Of a stretch of 57,840 bases of DNA, positions 47,947 through 55,205 are shown piece after piece. Every line of letters begins with the position of its first letter. Within the stretch, counting starts at the first letter, position 1. Under the pieces are notes generated by a model, which had not been told where the DNA came from, searched no databases, and saw only the letters and a list, made by a program, of their open reading frames with translations. Made by a program: the position numbers and the translations under genes. The stretch spans positions 1-57,840 of the forward strand of contig CAMAXG010000001.1 in the NCBI GenBank assembly GCA_945862225.1, written 5' to 3'. This DNA is from Thermoflexus hugenholtzii JAD2. Lineage in GTDB: Bacteria; Chloroflexota; Limnocylindria; Limnocylindrales; Limnocylindraceae.

Positions 47947-48446
47947 GCCTCTGCCTCCACGGCACGAATGCGACGCTTCCCCTTCCCTGCACTCTTCTCG
48001 GTGAGCAGCTCGTCGACTTCACGCTTCAGCGTCTCGAGGTCTTCAAACGACTGGTAGACGCTCGCAAAGCGGATGTAGGCGATCTGGTCAATCTCGCGAA
48101 GCGCCGCCATCGTTAACGCGCCGATGCGCGCAGAGGAGAGCTCTGTGGCGCCACTGGCCCGAATCTGTGCCTCGATCGCCTCAACGGCGCGCTCTGGGGC
48201 ATCAACGGGCACGGGACGGCGAGTGAGCGCACGGCGCAACCCCTCAAGGAGTTTCTGGGAGTCGTACTCCTGCCGTTCGCCGGAGCGCTTGATGACGTAA
48301 AGCTTGGCGAGTTCGGCGCGCTCGTAGGTGGTGACGCGGGTGCCGCAAATGCGGCAGGCGCGACGGCGACGAATGACGGAGCCGTCATCAAGGTCGCGCG
48401 AATCGACGACGCGCGTATCTGGCTCCTTGCACGATGGGCAACGCAC
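47943..48446 (-). CDS. nrdR: Transcriptional repressor NrdR
   Basis: MRCPSCKEPDTRVVDSRD zinc ribbon plus ATP-cone. GTG start preceded by GAGGAGGAG. Confidence 0.95.
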   Translation of the reverse strand: MRCPSCKEPDTRVVDSRDLDDGSVIRRRRACRICGTRVTTYERAELAKLYVIKRSGERQEYDSQKLLEGLRRALTRRPVPVDAPERAVEAIEAQIRASGATELSSARIGALTMAALREIDQIAYIRFASVYQSFEDLETLKREVDELLTEKSAGKGKRRIRAVEAEA

Positions 48447-48515
48447 CCTCGCTCCTCCTCACCTTTGCACCGCGGCGCGCGGGGCCACCGCAGGTTGCGG
48501 TCTCGGGGAGAGTCT

Positions 48516-48531
48516 ACACACGATCTTGTGT
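48516..48531. promoter_or_regulatory. NrdR-box-like 16-bp palindrome upstream of nrdR
   Basis: ACACACGATCTTGTGT has ACAC/GTGT arms spaced as in the reported NrdR-box consensus (acaCwAtATaTwGtgt). It lies 70-85 nt upstream of the nrdR start. Only a single copy was seen. Confidence 0.35.
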
Positions 48532-48552
48532 GCGAAGGCACGACTACGAGGG

Positions 48553-49035
48553 CTACGAGCGGTCGCGCTCTCCGATCGCGTCGCTGGCGTGCTCAAGCAC
48601 GGGGAGCAGGATCGCCAGCCCGTCGCGTACCGCACCACTGCCGCCGGGGAGATTGACGATGAGGGTCCCCTTCGCCACACCCGCGACGCCGCGCGAAAGG
48701 ATCGCCGCAGGGGTCTGGGAGCGTCCCAGCATACGAATGGCGTCAGGGATCCCTGGAATCAGTCGCTCCAAGAGCGGGGCGGTTGCGTCCGGGGTGACAT
48801 CGCGTGAGCTGAGCCCCGTTCCACCAGCAGTCAGGATGACGTCAACGGTGCCGATATGCTGCTCGAGGGCTGTACGAATGGCATCGAGCTCGTCAGGGGC
48901 CTGCGCTCGCTGCACCTCCCAACCGTGCGCGACAAGGGCCGCTGCGGCAAGGGTGCCCGCCTTATCTTCTCGCTCGCCAGCATGAATCGAGTCGCTGACC
49001 GTGAGCACCAGAATCGATCGCGGCGTATCACTCAT
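48553..49035 (-). CDS. mogA: MogA/MoaB family molybdopterin adenylyltransferase
   Basis: 160 aa. VLTVSD..., LTAGGTGLSSRDVTPDA motif. Confidence 0.8.
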   Translation of the reverse strand: MSDTPRSILVLTVSDSIHAGEREDKAGTLAAAALVAHGWEVQRAQAPDELDAIRTALEQHIGTVDVILTAGGTGLSSRDVTPDATAPLLERLIPGIPDAIRMLGRSQTPAAILSRGVAGVAKGTLIVNLPGGSGAVRDGLAILLPVLEHASDAIGERDRS

Positions 49036-49050
49036 CTGCGCATAGTAGTA

Positions 49051-50601
49051 CTACGAGGAGCCAACGAGGCTGCGAATGATCAGCATGGCGGCCCCAGCAC
49101 CGAGGAAGAGGTTCAGCAACATGAATCGGCGCCATGCGGCACGTGCCGCCTGATGCGTTGGGCGGCCTGCGATTAGCGGGAGCAGCGAGAGGATGCTCGC
49201 GAGCGGCAAGAGCGCCCCAATGCGCTGGAGTGGTTCGCCTTGCACGAGCAGCAAGAGCCCCGCCACGGCATAGAGTGCGATGGCGAACAGCCCCCCGCCG
49301 CGAACGCCAAGAAGTGTTCCAACGGTCCCAATCCGGCCCCGCCGATCTGCATCAACATCTTGCAACGCTCCCACCACATGGCTTCCCATGTTCCAGAAGA
49401 AGAACGCCGCCAGCGGCGCAATCCAGGCCTGTTGCAGCTCGCCGCCGAGCGCAAGGCCGGCAACTGCAGGGATCACAAAGTGTGTCGCAGAGATGACTGC
49501 ATCCAAGATCGGGACAGCACGAGCGCGGACGAACCATGGTGCGCTGTATGCCGTGGCAAAGGCGATACCGAGTAGGCACCAGATTGGAACCGTAGCTGTG
49601 CCCGTCAGTAGGAAGAGCGCACTCGTAAACGCAGCGAAAAGAAGAAGTAGCCGCAGCGTTGGTAAATCGCCGTTCTGCAGCAGAGCACCCTCAGCACCGC
49701 CCTTCCGTGGATTCTTTCGATCAGTTGCAAGGTCATAGAGGTCGTTGATCCCATAGAGATAGAGGTTGTACGCAACGCCCCACCAGATCACGAGTGGCAA
49801 GAACCATGCGCCAACCGCCTCCCCCGCTCCGGCTGCGAGCGCACCACCCGCAAATGGGAGCGCAGTGTTGATCCACGAAACTGGGCGAGAGGCCAGCAGC
49901 AACCGCCACCAGCGACCCTTCGCTACACGTGCTGATGCTGTGAGCTGCACCGTAAAGAGCACAAAGGCCGCTGCCCAGAGGATGTCCTCGACCGGCGCGT
50001 AGCCCAGCATCACCCCCGAACGTGGCGCGCTGGAATAGTAAAAGAGCTCCGCCGCACACATGATGTTGTCAAACACCAGCGTCAGCCCGAGAAAGATTGC
50101 CACGCTCCAACGGCTTGCCTGGCTGCGAGCAAGGAGTGGCGCTGCGAGGAGTAGTGCCCCAGCCGCAAGCCCTGCAGTGGCCGCAGTGTACTCACCGCCA
50201 ACATTTGCAACCAGTGCCCCGGTACCTACAGCGATCCCAATCAGGATTGCTGCTCCAGCTCTTCGCGCTGAGAGTTCCCCCTCTCGTCTCCCTTCACGCG
50301 ATTTCCCGGTGCTCATCAGCACGACAACAAGTGCTGCGAGCGCCGCAAGGAGCGCGACCTCTTCAATGGGTAGCCCTGCATCAAGAGCGCCCCGCCCAGG
50401 AAGCATCAGCAGCGTTGACGAGAGCGGCGTTGCAAACCAGCCACGCCAGATGCCAACCGCATCGACAAGGAGGAAGGCCACGGTGGTGACGACCGTTACG
50501 GGTAACAGCACCTGTCGCGACACTGGCAGAGAGAACCGTTTGACCAGGCCGTGCACCCCGATCGCCGAAAGCCCGATGACCGCGAGATAGATCGCGCCCA
50601 T
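49051..50601 (-). CDS. Fusion protein: two lycopene-cyclase domains (CrtYc/CrtYd-like) plus a UbiA-family prenyltransferase (CrtEb/lycopene-elongase-like)
   Basis: Two PxE(E/D) cyclase-domain motifs (LPIEEVALL, APVEDILWAA) in the N-terminal ~235 aa. UbiA Asp-rich motifs NDLYDLATD and QDVDADRRGRIGT. ATG at 50601 overlaps the upstream stop (TGATG). Confidence 0.7.
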   Translation of the reverse strand: MGAIYLAVIGLSAIGVHGLVKRFSLPVSRQVLLPVTVVTTVAFLLVDAVGIWRGWFATPLSSTLLMLPGRGALDAGLPIEEVALLAALAALVVVLMSTGKSREGRREGELSARRAGAAILIGIAVGTGALVANVGGEYTAATAGLAAGALLLAAPLLARSQASRWSVAIFLGLTLVFDNIMCAAELFYYSSAPRSGVMLGYAPVEDILWAAAFVLFTVQLTASARVAKGRWWRLLLASRPVSWINTALPFAGGALAAGAGEAVGAWFLPLVIWWGVAYNLYLYGINDLYDLATDRKNPRKGGAEGALLQNGDLPTLRLLLLFAAFTSALFLLTGTATVPIWCLLGIAFATAYSAPWFVRARAVPILDAVISATHFVIPAVAGLALGGELQQAWIAPLAAFFFWNMGSHVVGALQDVDADRRGRIGTVGTLLGVRGGGLFAIALYAVAGLLLLVQGEPLQRIGALLPLASILSLLPLIAGRPTHQAARAAWRRFMLLNLFLGAGAAMLIIRSLVGSS

Positions 50602-51230
50602 CACCGTGCGCGTGCCGTCATGCGATACGAAACGAATGAACCCAACGCGAGTACAAGGCAGAAGAGCAGTGCCGCCAGAACCCAGAAGTCCTGCGGATAC
50701 AACTGCACGAGCCGATCTGTGGCGGGATTGAAGGTCCACGTGCCAGCAGCAAAGAAGAGCCCGTGGAAGAAGGCGAACGTGGCATCGAAGGCCAGCGCGA
50801 AGGCGGCAGCGGCCAGAAGTGCCCCACCAACGATGAGCGCTGCCCCGTCGCGAATGGCCACGCGCAACCAGGCGCGGCGGCGCACCCGGGCGAGGGCCAA
50901 GACGATCAACCCGCCAAGCCCAGCAACTAGGACGGCCCGGAGGAGCGCGCCAACATCGGCAAGGTGGGAGCGCTCTCCCGCCGAGAGGAGTGGCTCGTCA
51001 CCAAGCGGAGCATCAAAGGCCCCGTCCGTGAGGAGATCCCCCACCAGGGCGTCTGAGAGGGCCTCCGCTACCCCCGGCTCCACCCCGAGCACCGTATGGG
51101 CGTCGCTCACCGACAAGAGGGAGTGCACAACTGGGGGCGTAAGGAAGATGGCTGTCGTTGCGCCAATGGCCAGAGCCGCAGCGGCGAGGGCGAGGAGCGA
51201 CCGCCGCAAGAGGCGGCGGAGCGACTTCAC
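50601..51230 (-). CDS. DUF1461 / TIGR01906-like integral membrane protein (the family that includes lipoprotein intramolecular transacylase Lit)
   Basis: N-terminal anchor plus C-terminal TM segments. FHGLFFAAGTWTFNPATDRLVQLYPQDFW resembles the family's conserved block (from memory, not searched). GTG at 51230 forms a GTGA overlap with the upstream stop. Confidence 0.55.
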   Translation of the reverse strand: MKSLRRLLRRSLLALAAAALAIGATTAIFLTPPVVHSLLSVSDAHTVLGVEPGVAEALSDALVGDLLTDGAFDAPLGDEPLLSAGERSHLADVGALLRAVLVAGLGGLIVLALARVRRRAWLRVAIRDGAALIVGGALLAAAAFALAFDATFAFFHGLFFAAGTWTFNPATDRLVQLYPQDFWVLAALLFCLVLALGSFVSYRMTARAR

Positions 51231-51616
51231 GCGTCGGCGAGGACCTGCCCCTGCTCCCACCACGAACGGAGGGAGAGCGGGTCAGGGAGTGGGAGGCCAA
51301 GTGTCTGTGCGGTTGAGATCACTCCGGACTGGAAGTGCTCCCATGGGGCTGCCGCGAGGGTCTCAACGCCGCCGTATCCCGCCTGGGCGAGGAGCTCGTG
51401 CTCAGCGGGCCCCAGGAAGGCGAGATTGAGCAGGAGGGCCTCGTCGCGCCACTCGGCGACGTCGGCGGTAGAGGCGTCAGTCTGGTCCGCCAATGTTTGG
51501 CGGCGGGTTGGGGTTTCGGTGCGCTCCAACAGCAGTCCCGTGGTGAAGATCCCCTGCGCCTCCAGGCGTGCCAAGTGGACTGGCTCGATGCGCGTGAGCT
51601 CTGTGATGGCTGGCAT
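51227..51616 (-). CDS. DUF4332-like helix-hairpin-helix protein
   Basis: 129-aa soluble protein with repeated G(I/F)xT / AGYGGVETL HhH-like segments. Strong purine-rich SD (AGGGGGAG) before ATG 51616. The family assignment was made by eye. Confidence 0.5.
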   Translation of the reverse strand: MPAITELTRIEPVHLARLEAQGIFTTGLLLERTETPTRRQTLADQTDASTADVAEWRDEALLLNLAFLGPAEHELLAQAGYGGVETLAAAPWEHFQSGVISTAQTLGLPLPDPLSLRSWWEQGQVLADA

Positions 51617-51677
51617 TGCTCCCCCTTTCCCTCCCTCGCAGACTAGCGCCTCCCGCGGGCCCGTGGAAAGTCTGATT

Positions 51678-51747
51678 TGTTACAGAAAGATGTAACAGTT
51701 GCGGAATATTGCGGTATCGCAACATAGCGCCCGAAATTTGCGATACT
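51678..51747. promoter_or_regulatory. Operator-like repeat array in the divergent rhodopsin / carotenoid-module intergenic region
   Basis: Perfect palindrome TGTTACA-N6-TGTAACA (51678-51697). Four copies of TTGCG(G/A)nAnn: 51699, 51709, inverted at 51722-51713, and 51738. The last copy overlaps a GATACT -10-like hexamer (51742-51747). Confidence 0.4.
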
Positions 51748-51797
51748 TATCCACAGCGATCCGAAGAGGTCGCAGAAGCAAAAAGGGAGGTCCATTG

Positions 51798-52538
51798 ATG
51801 AGCGCAGCAGATGCCTATCAGTTGGTCTACAACTTTATGTCCCTCGCCATCGCGGCGATGGGCGCAAGCTTCTTCTTCTTCGTCTCCGCACGCGGAGCTC
51901 TGAAGGAGGGGAACCGGATGGCGGTAACGCTCTCAGCCGTAGTTGTGCTGATCGCGTTCTACCACTACGTCCGAATCTTCGACTCGTGGGTGGCCTTCGG
52001 CACCACGGGCGCCCCGTTCAACGAGGCGTATCGATACGTGGACTGGCTCCTGACGGTGCCACTCCTCGTTGCTGAGCTCGTGCTCGTACTCAAGCTCGAC
52101 AAGAAGCTTGAGAGCACGCTGATCAAGCGAAACGTGGTCTATGCGTTCTTGATGATCGCAACCGGCTACGTCGGCGAGATGACGAACATCACGTCGGTTG
52201 ACTTGGCCTCGCCGCGCACCATCTGGGGCGCGATTAGCTCAGTCTTCTTCGTCCTGATCCTCCGCGACCTGTTCGGCGGCATCGATGCCTCGATCAAGAA
52301 GCAGAGCAAGGACATCCAGGGGATCTTCAAGATCCTTCGCGTCGTGCTTATTGCGACGTGGGGCGTCTACCCAATCGCCTACCTTCTTCCAGCAATCGCA
52401 GGCAACCTTGGCCTTACGGCCCAGGACGGCCTCGTGCTGAAGCAGGTCGGATACACGATTGCCGACATCCTGGCCAAGCCGGGCTACGGTCTCCTCATCT
52501 GGAAGATCGCAACCCTGAAGAACGGTTCTTCGAAGTAA
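51798..52538 (+). CDS. Microbial rhodopsin, DTE-motif light-driven proton pump (xanthorhodopsin/actinorhodopsin-like)
   Basis: Seven hydrophobic helices. Helix C RYVDWLLTVPLLVAEL (D82, T86, E93). Helix B AFYHY His. Helix G ADILAK (D223, Schiff-base K227). GGGAGG SD 7 nt before ATG 51798. Confidence 0.9.
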   Translation: MSAADAYQLVYNFMSLAIAAMGASFFFFVSARGALKEGNRMAVTLSAVVVLIAFYHYVRIFDSWVAFGTTGAPFNEAYRYVDWLLTVPLLVAELVLVLKLDKKLESTLIKRNVVYAFLMIATGYVGEMTNITSVDLASPRTIWGAISSVFFVLILRDLFGGIDASIKKQSKDIQGIFKILRVVLIATWGVYPIAYLLPAIAGNLGLTAQDGLVLKQVGYTIADILAKPGYGLLIWKIATLKNGSSK

Positions 52539-52576
52539 TCCCCTTCCGACGGGAAACCGTCGGGCTCGGATACAGG

Positions 52577-52606
52577 AAAAGGCCCGGGGGAAACCCCGGG
52601 CCTTTT
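52577..52606. terminator. Bidirectional intrinsic terminator between the rhodopsin gene and tRNA-Pro
   Basis: AAAAGGCCCGGGG-gaaa-CCCCGGGCCTTTT is a perfect 13-bp stem with A/T runs on both sides. Confidence 0.65.
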
Positions 52607-52622
52607 CTATTGCTCACAAATG

Positions 52623-52699
52623 TGGTCGGGGCGACTGGATTCGAACCAGCGACCTCTTGCACCCCATGCAAGCGCGCTACCAAGCTGCGCTACGCCCCG
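52623..52699 (-). tRNA. tRNA-Pro (anticodon GGG), CCA encoded
   Basis: Hand-folded: acceptor CGGGGCG/CGCCCCG, anticodon stem CTTGC/GCAAG with loop ATGGGGT, T arm GCTGG-TTCGAAT-CCAGT. Confidence 0.9.
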
Positions 52700-52734
52700 A
52701 GTGGGTCCAAAGTTTCGGCAGTGTATCAGGAAGC

Positions 52735-53751
52735 CTAGCGCCACTCCCCCGCTGGAGAGCGACCGAGCAGCGCGCGCGCGAGCACTTCAATGGTCGCTCC
52801 TCCGCTGATCGCTGCGACAACCGCGGCGGTAATCGGCATCTCCAGTTTGTGCGCAGCTGCAAGCTGCAGGGCGCCGTGTGCCGTGCCAATTCCCTCCACC
52901 GTTGCGCCAATCTTGTCGACAGCGGCCTGCACGGACATACCGCTCGCGAGGAGCGCACCGAGTTTTGCATTGCGTGAACCGGTGTTCGACGAGGTGACAA
53001 CGAGGTCACCAACGCCAGCGAGTCCACAAGCGGTTTCTGTGCGGCCACCGCATGCCTCGGCGAGGCGCGCCATCTCGGCAACGCCACGCGACAAGAGTGC
53101 TGCTGCAGCGTTCTCGCCATAGCCGAGCGCACGGACACCACTGACGGCGATGGCGATAACGTTCTTGAGCGCCCCGCTAATCTCAACGCCGACAACGTCG
53201 TCGGTCAGGTAGAGCCGAAGGGTTGGGCGCACCAGCCGTGTGCGCAGGGACTCAACAAGATGTGTTGGCCCGGCAAGTACGGCCGCTGCGGGCTTCCCCA
53301 TGGCGATCTCGCTGGCCAGGTTTGGCCCAGACAAGACGGCGAGACGCTCCGAATCTGCCCCTGCAGCGATCAGCAGTTCCGAGGGTCGAGCACCACTCAG
53401 CGACAACCCCTTGGAGGCGATGACCATAGGCGCGTCTCCAGCGGCCTGCACGATCTGCTTGGCTGTGTCTGGGTCGAGCTCGGTGGAGGGAATAGTGACC
53501 ACGAAGGTGTCATCGGCGCTCAGCGTAGTGAGCGCATCGGTGGCGCTGAAGATGTTGATTGCATCTGGCAGGGTGATGCCAGGGAGGCGCCTCGTGTTGA
53601 TGCGGGCGCTGCGCAGGAGCGCCGCCTCGTCGGTTGTTCGAGCGAGCAGCTCGATGACGGGGGCAGGGCGCCCCTCACCCTGCTCCTGGCTCCAGAGGAG
53701 CGCCAAGGCGGTTCCCCATGCACCTGCGCCGAGAATGCGGATCGTGCTCAT
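52735..53751 (-). CDS. gpsA: NAD(P)H-dependent glycerol-3-phosphate dehydrogenase
   Basis: [12 protein letters not shown] Rossmann motif. ATGA overlap with the der stop. Confidence 0.9.
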   Translation of the reverse strand: MSTIRILGAGAWGTALALLWSQEQGEGRPAPVIELLARTTDEAALLRSARINTRRLPGITLPDAINIFSATDALTTLSADDTFVVTIPSTELDPDTAKQIVQAAGDAPMVIASKGLSLSGARPSELLIAAGADSERLAVLSGPNLASEIAMGKPAAAVLAGPTHLVESLRTRLVRPTLRLYLTDDVVGVEISGALKNVIAIAVSGVRALGYGENAAAALLSRGVAEMARLAEACGGRTETACGLAGVGDLVVTSSNTGSRNAKLGALLASGMSVQAAVDKIGATVEGIGTAHGALQLAAAHKLEMPITAAVVAAISGGATIEVLARALLGRSPAGEWR

Positions 53752-55205
53752 GCGCGTGAGGCTGGCTTCGCCTTTGCGGGTGCCCGCTTCGTTGACTTCG
53801 AGGTGCGCCCGCGCTCTCGCCCCTCTTCGGCCTCCCGCTCTCGTACGACGATGCGGATCGGCGTTCCCATGAGGGGGTACTTCTCGCGGATCTGATTCTC
53901 GAGGAAGCGCTGCCAGGTGAAGTGCACCTGGGCGGCATTTCGTGCGAAGACCACGAAGGTTGGAGGTGGCGTTGAGGCCTGAGCGGCGTAGAGGATCTTT
54001 GGGCGCTTGCTGCCGCTATGGGCCGGCTCCTGGCGGGCTACCGCTTCGGCGATCAGGCGGTTCAGCACGCCAGTTGGGATGCGCAGATTCCGCGCGTCAG
54101 CGGCGGCGACCGCAGCGTCGAGCACCTTCGTCGCTCGGAGCCCCGTGACGGCTGAGATGGAGACGAGTGGAGCGAAATCAAGGAATGGCGCCTGGCGGCG
54201 GAGCTTCCCCTCGATCTCGTCAAAGGTGAAGCCATCCTTCTCAATGAGGTCCCACTTGTTTAAGACCAGCACGAGTCCCTTGCCTGCATCGATCACCGAG
54301 CCAGCGATGTGTAGATCCTGGGCCTGCAGGCCAGTCGATGCGTCAATGAGGAGGAGTGCGACGTCAGCGCGATCAAGCGCGCGCACGGAGCGGACGGTTG
54401 CCCACTTGTCTGCCGACGGGCCCGAGGCAACCTTGCCACGCTTGCGAATGCCTGCGGTGTCAACGAGGGTGATCTGACGCCCTGCGTGCAGCAGCGTCTC
54501 ATCAATCGCGTCGCGCGTCGTGCCGGCAACCGCGCTCACCACCGTGCGCTCGCTCCCAATCAACTTATTGAGGAGACTCGACTTGCCGACGTTTGGCCGC
54601 CCGACGATCGCGACGGTCACCTCGCCCTCTACATAGGCACTGCCCGCATCTGCTGGGAGCGCCTCAAGGCGCTCAACGATGACGTCAAGAAGGTCGCCAG
54701 AACCGATGCCATGCTGTGCACTGACCGTATGAAGCCGATCAAACCCGAGGATTGAGAACTCCTGGGCGGCGCGATCGCGTTCAATGTTGTCGGCCTTGTT
54801 CGCCACAAGGATGATCGGCTTGCCACTGCGGCGCAGCAGCTGTGCCACCTCGGCGTCACCAGGGTTCGGGCCAGTCGCTGCGTCAACAAGGAGCAGGATC
54901 AGGTCGGCGGCGTCTACCGCGATGCGCGCCTGGTCTTGCACCCCAATCTCGATCGGATCACCAACGGCGGGCTGCATGCCTCCTGTGTCCACCACACGAA
55001 AGCGCATCCCATTCCATTCGACGATACCGATGAGTCGATCGCGGGTCGTACCGGCGCGATCTTCAACGACGGCACGGCGCTCACCAACGAAGCGATTGAA
55101 GAGGGTGCTCTTCCCAACGTTTGGTCGCCCAACCAGCGCCACGAGTGGCAGGCGACGGGGTAACGACTCAGCTTCGGCCTCTGCCTCAAGCTCTTCCTCA
55201 CTCAT
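53748..55205 (-). CDS. der: Ribosome-associated GTPase Der (EngA), with a basic C-terminal tail
   Basis: Two G domains (GRPNVGKSTLFN, GRPNVGKSSLLN) plus a KH-like C-domain. Confidence 0.95.
   Translation of the reverse strand: MSEEELEAEAEAESLPRRLPLVALVGRPNVGKSTLFNRFVGERRAVVEDRAGTTRDRLIGIVEWNGMRFRVVDTGGMQPAVGDPIEIGVQDQARIAVDAADLILLLVDAATGPNPGDAEVAQLLRRSGKPIILVANKADNIERDRAAQEFSILGFDRLHTVSAQHGIGSGDLLDVIVERLEALPADAGSAYVEGEVTVAIVGRPNVGKSSLLNKLIGSERTVVSAVAGTTRDAIDETLLHAGRQITLVDTAGIRKRGKVASGPSADKWATVRSVRALDRADVALLLIDASTGLQAQDLHIAGSVIDAGKGLVLVLNKWDLIEKDGFTFDEIEGKLRRQAPFLDFAPLVSISAVTGLRATKVLDAAVAAADARNLRIPTGVLNRLIAEAVARQEPAHSGSKRPKILYAAQASTPPPTFVVFARNAAQVHFTWQRFLENQIREKYPLMGTPIRIVVREREAEEGRERGRTSKSTKRAPAKAKPASRA

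Noticed and set aside
51652-51659. The CCCGCGGG palindrome near the DUF4332 gene start, considered as a regulatory site.
   Set aside because: An 8-bp GC palindrome is expected by chance in DNA this GC-rich. It sits within the likely 5' UTR/SD region and has no repeat partner.
51699-51797. A TTG-initiated 33-codon N-terminal extension of the rhodopsin ORF (MRNIAVSQHSARNLRYLSTAIRRGRRSKKGGPL).
   Set aside because: It is basic and non-hydrophobic, with no counterpart in microbial rhodopsins, and it runs through the palindrome/repeat array. A strong GGGAGG SD sits 7 nt before the internal ATG at 51798, which gives a normal helix-A start.
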